A stretch of 64,000 bases of DNA from Candidatus Poribacteria bacterium (GTDB taxonomy: Bacteria; Poribacteria; WGA-4E; WGA-3G), in the NCBI GenBank assembly GCA_965242965.1, contig OZ251518.1, positions 5,280,001 to 5,344,000 of the forward strand, in the 5' to 3' direction. A program made the translations under genes and the position numbers. The notes under the pieces were generated by a model that did no database searches, had not been told where the DNA came from, and saw nothing but the letters and a program-made list of their open reading frames with translations. Shown here piece after piece: positions 31,616 through 42,263 of the stretch (within the stretch, counting starts at the first letter, position 1; each line of letters begins with the position of its first letter).

Positions 31616-34354
31616 TCAGGAAACCGAACGCGCCTTCCGCTTCGCATCCAACAATCGTCCCATTGCGGAGGAAGAGCCCGCCGCCATCGGTTCATCTACT
31701 GCCACTGGACGCGCCGAGGCAGTATGTGTTGCAGGAGCAGGGACACCCGCCGCTTTTTTCTCCCTCAATCGCGTTAACGTTTCTGGCACATGTTTCTCGG
31801 CGGGACCGCGTAACCGCGCCCATAATTCCGCGAAGTAACCGCTGGCAATGCTGAATCGGCGGAGAATCATCTCTGCGACGAAGAGGATAACCGCGACGAC
31901 TAACAATGCCTGTGCTAACGAGACGCGGGTTTCAACAGGTTCACCGGAACGTTGTGCGATTTGTGAGGCTGAAGGTTCGTAATGCCCAAGCCTTTGCAGT
32001 AATTGCGCGTTCACACCGAATGCCGCATATTCGGCAGGGTAGGCAAAAGAGAGCGTTTCTGTCCGCTTTGCATTATCTTGCTCCCGCTGCGCCGTGACGA
32101 GATATGCCCCACTCTCCGCTATCTGAAAGTTGCCGGCATAGCGCGTCGGTGTCAACTGTTGCATGGCGACAAGTTCGTGCGATGCATCCGGCTTGGCGAT
32201 GTGAAGACGGTAGGCGGCGTGCGATGGCCGTTGCGTATCAATAACGGCTTGTCCTTTACCACTATGGGAGGATAGGGTGAGCTCAAAGTCAGCGTCGGCA
32301 TCGTCCGCGGGGAGCGTCCAATTGACGACTTGTCCCCAAAAGCGTCCGAAGTGTTGCCATGGAATCCACTCCTTCGCCCAAGCGGGTTTGACATCCGATG
32401 TCCAAGCGATGGATTTCCCTAAGCCAAAACGGCACCCCGCAAGAATTGGTTCGTCTTGATGTGAACGAATGAAGACTTGGGCACTCTCTTTCTCCGCTGT
32501 TGCAATATAGCCGTGGAGCATGGGGAGGGAGCCAATGCCTTCCACAATCGGTGCATCAGGGATAGCTAAACGAGGCAGGAACGTTTCTTGCACAATGTAG
32601 CGTTGCGTTTCTCGGACGGTTTCAGTCAAGACTGCGGGTAATTCTTGCACATTTTGCACGAAGACTGCATTTCCAGCGGCGGCTTCTGCAATTTCGGAGA
32701 GGAGCGTTTTGTCGGCATCGCCTATCGCAATAGTCGTGATGCCGATGCGCGCCGCGGCGAGTTGCTTCGCTAAGTCGAGAAAATCGGAACGTTCCCCGAT
32801 AGAATTCCCATCTGACAAGAGGACGATGTGTTTCCGTTTTGCGTCGGTAGTTTTGAGCATCTCACCGGCTTCTTGGAGGGCCGCGTGCATCATCGTCGTG
32901 CCGCCGGTAGGACGGAGTGTGCCGACAGCACGGAGGAGCGCGCCTCTGTCGGCAGTGAGAGACGAGACGACGTGAACCGCCGTGTTGAAACCGAGGAGTC
33001 CCGCCGTGTCTTCTGTCTTCAGATTGCGAATGCCGGCGCGCACGCCTTCAATGGCGAGTTGGATTTTCTGGCGCGCGTTGACGTAATTCGCCATACTGCC
33101 GGAGGTATCAATCACAAAGAGCATCGCGAGGGAATCTTGCTGTTGGCGCGGTGTCATCTTGACTGGAAGGATACGTTCCAACGCTGTATCGGTATAACCC
33201 CCCGGGCCGAACGCCCGCGGGCCGCCGATAACGACTAACCCATGTCCAAGCACGCGGACATAATTGTCTAAGGTGTTTAACTGCTGTGTTGACAGTGCAT
33301 CAGCGGGGATGTTGCTGAGAATGAGCGCGTCACTCCGTTGGAGTGCAACCAATTCTGTGGGTATCTCTGCTGCAGAAAGGTGCTCAACAATAAACCCGTT
33401 TTCTTCCAAAACCTCTTTCAGCGGTTCGTTATAAGCCGGTTCGCCTTCCACATACAAGACATGCGGTTTATCCTGAATTTTGACAACGCCGTAGGCGTGA
33501 TTATTTTCAGGGATTGCATCGCTGACATTCAGTTTCAAGTGATAGGCATGGATGCCCTCCACTTTCACCTGTTGCACAGGCAGTTCAAGCACATGTCTGC
33601 CTTGCGGCAACGTCCATTCCGCTTCATGAATTGGAACGCCATTGTGTGAGAGTGTGGCTGTGAGCGTGGGGATGCTACCGTCGGTTGCAATAATTGCCTG
33701 TATGCGAAACCGTTGCGCTTTTCTCACCTGAGTCGGCATTTGCAGTTGATGCACCCGCAGCGCGTCTTGGACAGACTGCAGCGGCACTGTCAAAATGTCT
33801 ACGTTACTCGCTTTGAGCAGCGGCAGATAGTCGATGAGCGCGGTGCCGCTTGCATTATCAAGTCCGTCGCTAAAAATGACGATGCGGGGTTGGTGTGCAT
33901 CGACGAGCATCGCCATCGCGCGTTTGATTGCGGCGAGGATATCGGTGCCTTCGCCTGCGAACCATGCGTCGGTAGTGAGCGGCGGTTGTGCGGCTTTTGA
34001 ACGGAGCTCAAGCCAGACAGTGGGTTCCGCCGCGAAACCGATGAGTCCGAACCTGTCGGTGGGTTTCAACTTTGCGATGGCAGTGTTCATCCTGTCTAAC
34101 GCTTCGGCGCGCTGTTCCCTAGCGACGCTGTCGGATGTGTCCAGCAAAAAGACAATCGACAGGCGTTGTTCTCGGTGCGTTTTTTGCAGGTTCGCCAAGG
34201 CGAGAACGGCACAAAAGAGGGCACCCCCTCTGAGACAAAACGTCACCCATCGCCGCCATTTCGCGGCGGTGACGTTTGTCCCTCGTCGCGCGAGTATCAG
34301 CAGCGGCACGGCGGCTAGCAAAATCAAGAAGAGGGGATAGGTAACGTTAAACAT
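31616..34354 (-). CDS. Membrane protein with two vWA domains and a glutamine-amidotransferase-like domain
   Basis: N-terminal TMs; DTSDS and DTSGS MIDAS motifs; GG..AFGPGGY; G.GKSIAWTSD. Confidence 0.88.
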   Translation of the reverse strand: MFNVTYPLFLILLAAVPLLILARRGTNVTAAKWRRWVTFCLRGGALFCAVLALANLQKTHREQRLSIVFLLDTSDSVAREQRAEALDRMNTAIAKLKPTDRFGLIGFAAEPTVWLELRSKAAQPPLTTDAWFAGEGTDILAAIKRAMAMLVDAHQPRIVIFSDGLDNASGTALIDYLPLLKASNVDILTVPLQSVQDALRVHQLQMPTQVRKAQRFRIQAIIATDGSIPTLTATLSHNGVPIHEAEWTLPQGRHVLELPVQQVKVEGIHAYHLKLNVSDAIPENNHAYGVVKIQDKPHVLYVEGEPAYNEPLKEVLEENGFIVEHLSAAEIPTELVALQRSDALILSNIPADALSTQQLNTLDNYVRVLGHGLVVIGGPRAFGPGGYTDTALERILPVKMTPRQQQDSLAMLFVIDTSGSMANYVNARQKIQLAIEGVRAGIRNLKTEDTAGLLGFNTAVHVVSSLTADRGALLRAVGTLRPTGGTTMMHAALQEAGEMLKTTDAKRKHIVLLSDGNSIGERSDFLDLAKQLAAARIGITTIAIGDADKTLLSEIAEAAAGNAVFVQNVQELPAVLTETVRETQRYIVQETFLPRLAIPDAPIVEGIGSLPMLHGYIATAEKESAQVFIRSHQDEPILAGCRFGLGKSIAWTSDVKPAWAKEWIPWQHFGRFWGQVVNWTLPADDADADFELTLSSHSGKGQAVIDTQRPSHAAYRLHIAKPDASHELVAMQQLTPTRYAGNFQIAESGAYLVTAQREQDNAKRTETLSFAYPAEYAAFGVNAQLLQRLGHYEPSASQIAQRSGEPVETRVSLAQALLVVAVILFVAEMILRRFSIASGYFAELWARLRGPAEKHVPETLTRLREKKAAGVPAPATHTASARPVAVDEPMAAGSSSAMGRLLDAKRKARSVS

Positions 34355-34584
34355 TTTATTTTTTTACTATCCTTTTTGCTTGCCGATGTCTCTATACTAT
34401 CAAAACCGAAACAAAAGCATTGGAAATCGTCAGCCGTGGCCGTTTCCAAGAGTTTACAACGCATTGCGTTTTTTATCAACCAAAACCGGGTGCCGCGTGT
34501 CATATATAGCAGCAACGAAAACCGAACACGGTTCGGCTAACGTTTTTTTTTTGAAGAAATCTCCGTTTTTAGGTTACAGATACT

Positions 34585-35190
34585 ATGAAACACCGTTTGA
34601 ATCCGCTACCCGATTTAGATGAGCGGCTCGATCTTGTCGAAGAACAGGTGCGGCAGGCGCGCCGGAGCCTCAACCGACAAGTAGAAGAAGCACTCATCCC
34701 GCTTGATATTCAGGAGGATTACACCCTCTCGGAATTGCAAGGCGACGTGATGCTTGTTTCTATTGATGACGACTTGCATGACAAAATCGGCGAAATCCTT
34801 CGTTCTGAGGGGTATCCGTTTGATATCCCTGAACGCACCTCTGAGGCAATCGGGATGCTGAAACTGCGGAATTACCGCCTGGTCATCGCTGATTGCAGGC
34901 ATAGGCGACGTTCTCGCCTGTTTGACTATATTGAGCGGTATCAGCCGTTTGTCAAAACCATCACGATTGTGCCCAACCGCAGCAGGGCGCGTGAGTCAAT
35001 GACACGGGGCGGCTATAGTTTCCTCATGGGTAAAGATTTTAACCCGGAGCAACTGCGCACTTGTTTGGTAAGTTCGCTGCAGTTGCAACACCGCGTCTGC
35101 TGGCTGCTTGCACACGGCGAACCGTGCAACCGCTCCTGTGTTGATAGTTACCAATCCGATGAAGATTTCGGAGAAATTCAGGAACGGTAA
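34585..35190 (+). CDS. Atypical response-regulator receiver protein
   Basis: N-terminal coiled coil; IDDD, LVIAD and GGYSFL..K receiver pattern; Cys-rich tail. Confidence 0.6.
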   Translation: MKHRLNPLPDLDERLDLVEEQVRQARRSLNRQVEEALIPLDIQEDYTLSELQGDVMLVSIDDDLHDKIGEILRSEGYPFDIPERTSEAIGMLKLRNYRLVIADCRHRRRSRLFDYIERYQPFVKTITIVPNRSRARESMTRGGYSFLMGKDFNPEQLRTCLVSSLQLQHRVCWLLAHGEPCNRSCVDSYQSDEDFGEIQER

Positions 35191-35231
35191 GGGCGGCTAT
35201 TGTTCAAAGCCACCCCCCGTAAACGTCAAAT

Positions 35232-35735
35232 ATGGCAACAAACCTAGAATTCAAAGCCCGGTGTCAATCGCTGACAGCACTCCGACCAGGGTTAGAGAAG
35301 TTAAAAGCGACGCACCGCGAAACCGTCCACCAAGTGGATACCTATTTTCAGGCACCGAAAGGGAGGTTAAAACTGCGCGAAATCGTGGAGACAGACGAAG
35401 GCTGGCTCATTTACTACGAACGTCCGAATCAGCCAGAGTCGCGTTACAGTCAGTATCAACTCTGCGAAATTGCGGATTGCGCCGCCCTGAAAAACCTGTT
35501 AACCGCCGCGTTCGGCATCAAAACAGTTGTCGAAAAACGGCGCGAGCTCTGGATGTTTCACAATACCCGCATCCACCTTGATACTGTTGCTAACCTCGGG
35601 CAGTTTGTCGAATTGGAGACTGTTTTTCAAGGACAAACCGATGCCGAAGCAGTCAAAGAACATCAACACGTAAAAACAACGCTCAATTTAGACGCTGCGG
35701 AACCGATTGCGAGTTCCTACAGCGAGTTGAGTTGA
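35232..35735 (+). CDS. cyaB: CYTH-domain protein (class IV adenylate cyclase family)
   Basis: NLEFKAR, QVDTYF, RLKLRE, IHLD.V..LG.FVELE. Confidence 0.88.
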   Translation: MATNLEFKARCQSLTALRPGLEKLKATHRETVHQVDTYFQAPKGRLKLREIVETDEGWLIYYERPNQPESRYSQYQLCEIADCAALKNLLTAAFGIKTVVEKRRELWMFHNTRIHLDTVANLGQFVELETVFQGQTDAEAVKEHQHVKTTLNLDAAEPIASSYSELS

Positions 35736-35748
35736 GGGAGGACTTACC

Positions 35749-35973
35749 ATGGATTGTTCAATATACCGCGAACTTTTGGAGGCGCACACAAGCGTGGATA
35801 GCCACAAAAGGGACAAACTTATCCGCATCTACGCGCAGGTGCCTTCAGTGCCGAAACTCAAGGCGACCCGGGCAGCATTGGCAGCCTTGAAGACGGCGTT
35901 AAATCGGCGCAATGACGCGCCATTGCCGACAACGGCCATCCGGGTTTGGCTTGACGCGAAGCGTTTGGGATAG
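35749..35973 (+). CDS. Small hypothetical protein
   Basis: GGAGG RBS, 74 aa, follows the CYTH gene. Confidence 0.55.
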   Translation: MDCSIYRELLEAHTSVDSHKRDKLIRIYAQVPSVPKLKATRAALAALKTALNRRNDAPLPTTAIRVWLDAKRLG

Positions 35974-35975
35974 CA

Positions 35976-36252
35976 GTTCGTAGGGTGGGGGCCTGTCCCC
36001 CGCCATGCCATGACGACTCAATGGTTCGTAGGGTGGGGGCCTGTCCCCCGCCATGCCATGACGACTCAATGGTTCGTAGGGTGGGGGCCTGTCCCCCGCC
36101 ATGCCACGACTGCTCAGCAAATCAGGTCTGCGAGGGACAGGCCCTCGCACTACGATAATGCCGGTACGATTCGTAGGGCGGGGGCCTGTCCCCCGCCATG
36201 CCATGACGACTCAGCGAATCAGGTTTGCGAGGGACAGGCCCTCGCACTACGA
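35976..36252. repeat. GTAG-REP tandem (48-bp period) between convergent genes
   Basis: gttcgtagggtgggggcctgtcccccgccatgcc at 35976, 36024 and 36072, followed by inverted REP pairs. Confidence 0.88.
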
Positions 36253-36276
36253 ACGAGAGAAGGCTCGCCTTTCCCC

Positions 36277-37233
36277 TTACTCATCTCTCAATTGCGAAAG
36301 AACCGCTTGCACCAACAACGGAATCATCAACTCGTGATGTCCCGTGAACGTATACCCCTGTCCACCCATTTCTGTGGGACGTTTGACGACGTTCTCTACC
36401 GGCCGGTACTGCTGTTGCATATCAAAATTCGCAGTTGTAAAGTGAGATACTGTGTGCCCCAGGTTCCGTGCAATCGTCAACGCCTTTAAGAAAACTTCCG
36501 GCAGTATCACCGCCGAACCGAAGTTCAGCACAACGCCGCCGCCTTCAAGGTGCGTTATCATCTCTGTTAGCAGCCGAAAATCGGTGAAACTTGCTTCGCC
36601 GATGGCGGCACCGTTTGCGGAAGGATGCTGATGGATGATATCGGTGCCGATGGCGACATGGACTGTTATCGGCACATCGTGGTGAATTCCGGCGGCGAGG
36701 AGGCTATAATCGGTATAGGGCGCGTTTATCTCAATAAGCAGTTTGCCCAATGCTTCCCCCATCCCGATGCCGGTGTCAGCGGCGCGCTGGATAGCCTCAT
36801 TCATCAAGCGTCCTGTCTCTTCCCACATCCCGAATGTGCCGGTTTGTAGGTATGCGCCGACTTCCTCGGAAGTCTCGCCGATGAGTGCAATCTCAAAATC
36901 GTGGATGCTGCTTGCGCCGTTAAAGGCGAATCCGGTAATCACACCGCGCTTTGCCAGTGCAATCAGTAGTGGGCTCAACCCACACTTGATAACGTGCCCT
37001 CCCATCATCACGATGACAGGTTTCTGCCTTTGGTGTGCAGCTGCGATGGTATCAACGAGAGCCAAAAAATCGGGTGCCTTCAAAATGCGCGGGAGACTCT
37101 CCAAGAACAGGGATAAGTCTACCGATGTGCCCGGCACGGTTGCGAAATCGTGAATGGAGACTTTGTTGATGCGTTCTTGAAGAGGATAGGTAGTGACGGC
37201 GGATAAGTCGATTGGATTTGGACGTTTTTTCAT
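36277..37233 (-). CDS. Conserved hypothetical protein, deoxyhypusine-synthase-like fold
   Basis: MMGGHVIKCG, HDFE, GTDIIH, GSAVILPEVFLKA, GHHE; ATGA overlap with the upstream gene. Confidence 0.75.
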   Translation of the reverse strand: MKKRPNPIDLSAVTTYPLQERINKVSIHDFATVPGTSVDLSLFLESLPRILKAPDFLALVDTIAAAHQRQKPVIVMMGGHVIKCGLSPLLIALAKRGVITGFAFNGASSIHDFEIALIGETSEEVGAYLQTGTFGMWEETGRLMNEAIQRAADTGIGMGEALGKLLIEINAPYTDYSLLAAGIHHDVPITVHVAIGTDIIHQHPSANGAAIGEASFTDFRLLTEMITHLEGGGVVLNFGSAVILPEVFLKALTIARNLGHTVSHFTTANFDMQQQYRPVENVVKRPTEMGGQGYTFTGHHELMIPLLVQAVLSQLRDE

Positions 37234-39581
37234 ACCAACCCCACTCGTTTCCGCACGAACCATTCCAACCCCAACATCGCCAGAAGGAGCCCGAAAATGA
37301 GCGGCATATCCCAGATATCCACATCCGTAATTGTTGAGGTAGCACTCTCCACGAGCGGAATTTGTTGGACGAGTTGCGATGCTTCTTCAAGCGGATAGTA
37401 TTTTCCGCCGCTTCCTTCAGCGAGTGCCTTGAGGAGCGCGACGTTGAGTTCCGCATTGCTGAATTCGGCATAAGAGGGTTTCACTTCAAAGAGACTTTGC
37501 TGTTCGCCGAGGGATTCGCCGTTCAGCGTGCCGGTCGCGATGACGGTATACTCGCCGTAGCGGTTGGGGATAAAGCGTGCCGAGTAGAGTCCATCTTCAC
37601 CGAGCACCTGCTCAAGACGTAGCTCTTTGCGCTTTCCCGTTTCATCGACAATTACGGCGCGGAGTTTCGCCTGATTTGTCGGTTCAAATTTCTTGTCTGT
37701 CGCCGTTACTTCGATGACTACGGGTTCTTTCAGCGTGTAAGCCGTTTTGGCGATGTCAAGTTTGAGATGTTCCTTTGGCGCGGTGGTGAGCCATTTCGCC
37801 ACCTGCCGCCAGAAGCGTTGGTAACTCTCGTCTTGATGCGATTGTAGCATCTGCCACCGCCACGAACTATTCGGCGTGAACACCATCACGCGCCCGGCGT
37901 TGTAGTTCTGCGTTGCGAGGAGAATCCGCTTGCCAAACTGATTTCGTTCAGTTGGATGTTCCGCCAAGACGAGTGCCCCCGGTTTAGCGCGTTTGACTTT
38001 ACTGTATCCGAGCAGCGGTTTTTGGCTTTCCCAGCGTGCCAGGTTTTCTACAGGCGTATCTGCCAACGCCATCAGCGGTTCAACTTTCCCATCCGGTGTC
38101 AATTGCAATTGGTAGCCTTCTCGCGAGGCGCGTCCTCGCGGTGCGGGCGGCGGTGGCGGCGAACCGAGCTCTAATTCTACCGGCAGGAGTTGTGCAATCG
38201 GCGTATTGAGATAAGATTCGGCGAGTTCGTGGTTGCCTAGTGATTCTGCGCCGCCGAGCATTAGCAAGCCGCCGCCTCGTGTTCGGACAAACTCTACCGT
38301 GTTCTCCAACTCCTGTTTCGTGAAATGGGTGGCGGCGACGTTGCCAATAATGATAGCGTCAAAATAGAAGAGTGCCTCTTTGGAATCGGGGTAGTAGTCG
38401 TTGAAAACTAGTTCGGTGCCTGTCTGGGTCCCGCCGTACTCGCTGTCGTTCTTTAAAAACCGGTCGGTGAGTTGGATGTTCGGATCTTCCCTGAGGGCGC
38501 GTTTGATATGTTTAAACTCTTGGCGCGGTTTGCCATCGACAAAGAGAATTTTCACGCGTTTAGAAGGCGCGACCTTCAGCAAAAACGTCTTAGTGTTATT
38601 TTGCGGCACCGCTTCGTCAACGTTAGTGTCAGGCAATACGTGCACCCCGTATCGCTGCGTCCCCGGTTGCCGCGGGGTAAACTTGATTGGGACACGGACA
38701 GTCCTTGTCTCTTTTGACGTGCCTTGCGGTTCCACTTTGTCCATGTCAACGGGGAGTGATGTCAGGATGCGTCCGTTGTTTGTTAATTGGAGGTTCACCT
38801 TTTTGCCTTTGTAGCCGCGTCGTTTCACGGTTGCCCACATCTCGACAGGGAAATCCTCTTCCGCCGTGCGCGGAACGTCGACTTTGACAAGTTCCAAATC
38901 GTCCGTGCCTGCCTCAGAACCGATGCCAACGGTATGGATAGGCAATTTCCGTTCGCGGGTTTGCAGTGCCAGTTTTGCGATGTCCGTGCCGCTCCTGTCT
39001 GCACCGTCTGTCAGTAGGACTACACCGGAGAGGGGGATGCCTTGGAGTTCATCGAGTGCCTCGTTGAGTGCGTTTGGGATGTCGGTGCTTTCGCCGTTTG
39101 CGTCTGTTAATGCCTCGCTAGGGATGCGTTTCGCTCCCGTATCAAATGCGAAGAGGCGTGCTTTGAATTTGGCGTTGAGTTGCGCTAGGAGTGCATCGCT
39201 ATCTTGGTTCTCCTCGCCAAACAGCAATTTGTTTGCGCGATGCAGGCGCGTTTCAGAACCGACAGCATCGGTAATCTGCATACTCTTGGAACTGTCTACC
39301 ATCACTAACAGATACGAGTCATCGGGGTTCGTATCGTAAATCGTGAGGAACGGCTTGAGCAGACAGAAAGCGAGAGCGCAAAGCACCAGCGCGCGGAAAA
39401 AGATGAGAACGCCTCGGAGGCCGCGACGCGTGCGGCCTCGCGTGCTCCGATATGCCCAGATTGTAGCGGCGAGTAGCACGCCGAGCAGGACGACAATCAG
39501 GAGCCCCGGCAAGGGAATTCCGAATGAGAAATCGCCTTCCCGAAAAACGTCGATGGGGTATTTCATAAATTTTTCAAACAT
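37230..39581 (-). CDS. vWA / glutamine-amidotransferase-like membrane protein
   Basis: DSSKS MIDAS, LLTDG, GGGLLMLGG, C-terminal TM followed by EWFVRKRVGLV; start chosen outside the MITE. Confidence 0.85.
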   Translation of the reverse strand: MFEKFMKYPIDVFREGDFSFGIPLPGLLIVVLLGVLLAATIWAYRSTRGRTRRGLRGVLIFFRALVLCALAFCLLKPFLTIYDTNPDDSYLLVMVDSSKSMQITDAVGSETRLHRANKLLFGEENQDSDALLAQLNAKFKARLFAFDTGAKRIPSEALTDANGESTDIPNALNEALDELQGIPLSGVVLLTDGADRSGTDIAKLALQTRERKLPIHTVGIGSEAGTDDLELVKVDVPRTAEEDFPVEMWATVKRRGYKGKKVNLQLTNNGRILTSLPVDMDKVEPQGTSKETRTVRVPIKFTPRQPGTQRYGVHVLPDTNVDEAVPQNNTKTFLLKVAPSKRVKILFVDGKPRQEFKHIKRALREDPNIQLTDRFLKNDSEYGGTQTGTELVFNDYYPDSKEALFYFDAIIIGNVAATHFTKQELENTVEFVRTRGGGLLMLGGAESLGNHELAESYLNTPIAQLLPVELELGSPPPPPAPRGRASREGYQLQLTPDGKVEPLMALADTPVENLARWESQKPLLGYSKVKRAKPGALVLAEHPTERNQFGKRILLATQNYNAGRVMVFTPNSSWRWQMLQSHQDESYQRFWRQVAKWLTTAPKEHLKLDIAKTAYTLKEPVVIEVTATDKKFEPTNQAKLRAVIVDETGKRKELRLEQVLGEDGLYSARFIPNRYGEYTVIATGTLNGESLGEQQSLFEVKPSYAEFSNAELNVALLKALAEGSGGKYYPLEEASQLVQQIPLVESATSTITDVDIWDMPLIFGLLLAMLGLEWFVRKRVGLV

Positions 39582-39690
39582 TTTCGTATGTCGCGATGCG
39601 TTGTTCAGCTGCTTTTGTGCAGAGAAGGTTGTCTCCTCAGGCCGTCTTGACGATGTCAAGACTTGCATTTCTGGGCTAAGAAATTTAATC

Positions 39691-40258
39691 GAGGGTGTTT
39701 CATATTTCAATGCACACCCATAGAAGAGCCCTCTGGTCTCGATGCAATATCCCTGTAGGAGAGCCCTCCCGGTCTCGATTTTTCCGTAGCGCGGGGGCCT
39801 GTCCCGCGCGTTGTCCATCGGCAAGATGCTGTCTTAAGTCCGTAGGACCTAAGAGCACGCGCGCCGTTTTTTTCGTTCTCTCCTCTCTGTAGTTTGTGAT
39901 CGCCTGATCACAAACGGGTCAAGATCAGGCGATCTTGACCTACAGGGGTGATGCGGTCTGACAGCAAAACGCTGGCGAGGGACACCCGCTCACCTGCGCG
40001 CGTGGTATGCGAGGGCCCAAGCCCTGCAGTGACGCACCGTTTTTTTTCCGTAGCGCGGGGGCCTGTCCCCCGTGAGCGTTGGATTGCGCCGACGCTGGCG
40101 AGGGGAACCCGCTCGGATGCGCGTGTGGCATGCGAGGGCCCAAGCCCTACGATGAAGGGGGGCTTTCTGCCGCCGCGGCCCCGGTAGGCGCGCCGGCCTA
40201 TTGCATCGAGACCGGGAGGTCTCTCCTACCGGGAAACCATCAATTATGAAACACCCTC
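39691..40258. mobile_element. MITE-like REP mosaic with perfect 8-bp target duplication
   Basis: ATTTAATC at 39683-39690 and 40259-40266; perfect TIR gagggtgtttcat / atgaaacaccctc. Confidence 0.9.
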
Positions 40259-40260
40259 AT

Positions 40261-41244
40261 TTAATCAGGCAAGCGGATGCGCTGGCCCGTGTTCGCGGAT
40301 TCGTGCAAGGCATCGATAACGCGCATATTGCAGAGCGCGTCTGAAATCGGTAGACGCTGCGGCGCGCCGGTTTCTATCACTTCACACAGATTCAGCATCT
40401 CGGCGGCATACGGGTTGATACCTTTGACGCTGAAAGTCTCGCCGTTCACCGTGAAATGCGATGTGTCCTCGCCGTTACCCCACGCCGTTTGGACAGAAAG
40501 CGTTCCATCTGTCCCTGCGACTTCGTAAGATTCGCGCCATGTCCACCCGAAACTGCAATCCAATTGTCCTGTGATACCGTCGCCGAAATCTAGCGTGCCG
40601 ATGAGCGTTTCCCAGACGTGGTTAATCGCCTCAAACTTGCCGGTAGCCCACGCGAATTTCGGTTCTTTCCCGACGAGATACCGGATGATATTGATACAGT
40701 AACATCCCAGATCCATGACGGCACCACCGCCGAGTTCGCCCCGAAGCCGCCAGTTTCGCCTATCCGTCAATCCGGTTGAAAACGTGGCGCGCGCGTATCG
40801 CACTTCCCCGATTGCGCCTTCCTCTATCTTCTCCTTCACCGCCAACGTCAGCGGATGATGCCGATACATAAAGGCTTCCATGATACGGATATTGGCGCGT
40901 TCCGTTACCTGAATCATCTGCTCCAGTTGCGTGGTGGTAACAGCGATAGGTTTTTCAACGAGGATGCCTTTGACACCACACCGCACCGCCTCCATCACAT
41001 TTTTGAGGTGACTGGCAGGCCAGGTTGCCACGAGGAGGACATCGGGTTGTTGTTTCTCCAGCATTTGTCGGAGCTCGTTATAGGTATTTTGGACGTTATA
41101 TTCGTTGGCAAAGCGGGCAAGCGGTTCAAATTTCTCATCGCACGCGCCAACGATTTCAATCTCCGGCACCTCGCGCCATGCGAGGCCGTGTGCATGTGAG
41201 ATGCCGCCACACCCGACAATTGCCACGCGGTATTTTGCGGACAT
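40261..41244 (-). CDS. Gfo/Idh/MocA oxidoreductase
   Basis: GCGGI, VEKP, EAFMYRHHP, GGGAVMDLGCY. Confidence 0.92.
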   Translation of the reverse strand: MSAKYRVAIVGCGGISHAHGLAWREVPEIEIVGACDEKFEPLARFANEYNVQNTYNELRQMLEKQQPDVLLVATWPASHLKNVMEAVRCGVKGILVEKPIAVTTTQLEQMIQVTERANIRIMEAFMYRHHPLTLAVKEKIEEGAIGEVRYARATFSTGLTDRRNWRLRGELGGGAVMDLGCYCINIIRYLVGKEPKFAWATGKFEAINHVWETLIGTLDFGDGITGQLDCSFGWTWRESYEVAGTDGTLSVQTAWGNGEDTSHFTVNGETFSVKGINPYAAEMLNLCEVIETGAPQRLPISDALCNMRVIDALHESANTGQRIRLPD

Positions 41245-41266
41245 AATTTACCTCAGAAGGAACTGA

Positions 41267-42241
41267 CTAGCCGATTTCGGATACCGACACCGGCCGGTTT
41301 TCTTGTGCAGAACGGTTCGCCGCCAATGAAATCGCAAGGGTTTTGACAGCATCGCTATATGGACTCAGGATGCGCGCGTCGTTGCCGCTGCGCACCGCTT
41401 CTACAAAGACTTCATCAATAGTCGGGCTCGGCTCGGTTTTCTCGCTCCATTTTCCATCTTCGCGCACCGAAACTCGCGACGGATTCCAATTGAGCATTTG
41501 TGCGCCGTAGAAGACATCAAGAATGTTCGCGTTGGACCAGTCGCCGTCGTATGCCCATGTCGCTGTCAAAGCACCGATGGCACCACTCGCGAACTGCATC
41601 GAGACACTGTTGACATCGGGGCAATCCGTGGCTTTCAAAAACCGATTCGCCTGCATCGCGTAAACGGTGTCTACTTCGCCGCCCATGTAACGCATCATGT
41701 CAATAGTGTGCGTTGCTTGTTCGACCAGTTGGCCTCCCGATTTGTTCATTTGCCGCAGCCAAGCGTCCGGGTTTCCGTGCCCCGTGTTGCACCAATATTT
41801 GCCCACTAGCATGTTTAGCGAGGCGTTCCGTAAAATCTCGCGTGCTATCAGCGTGGAACCGAGATAACGGAGTTGATAGCCAACGCAGGTAATCAACCCT
41901 GCCTTCGCCACTTGTCCCTCAATTTCGCGGGCGATGTCCATGTTGATAGCCACGGGCTTCTCAACGAAAAAGGGTAACCCGCGCGCGATTACGTCAAGTT
42001 CCGGCTGCCCGTGCGCGAAAACCGGGAGGCTGAGATAGACTGCGTCTAAGTCCTCGCTTTCTAGCATCGCGTGATGCTCGGTATAGGGTTGCGCGTTGTG
42101 CTTTTCAGCTGCGCTTTGCGCGCGTTCGGGTTGAACGTCACACACGGCGACGATGCGCGCCCCTTCTAATTGGGTGAGTTGATTCATGTGGCCGTTGGCA
42201 TTGCCGCCACATCCGATAAATGCAATTTTAACGTCGCTCAT
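41267..42241 (-). CDS. Gfo/Idh/MocA oxidoreductase
   Basis: IGCGG, VEKP, VGYQLRY, SGGQLVEQATH. Confidence 0.92.
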   Translation of the reverse strand: MSDVKIAFIGCGGNANGHMNQLTQLEGARIVAVCDVQPERAQSAAEKHNAQPYTEHHAMLESEDLDAVYLSLPVFAHGQPELDVIARGLPFFVEKPVAINMDIAREIEGQVAKAGLITCVGYQLRYLGSTLIAREILRNASLNMLVGKYWCNTGHGNPDAWLRQMNKSGGQLVEQATHTIDMMRYMGGEVDTVYAMQANRFLKATDCPDVNSVSMQFASGAIGALTATWAYDGDWSNANILDVFYGAQMLNWNPSRVSVREDGKWSEKTEPSPTIDEVFVEAVRSGNDARILSPYSDAVKTLAISLAANRSAQENRPVSVSEIG

Positions 42242-42263
42242 CAATGTCCATCCTACTTTTGTT

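Noticed and set aside
35976-36252. 48-bp tandem as a CRISPR array
   Set aside because: Inter-repeat segments are identical or near-identical and the unit is a GTAG-REP palindrome
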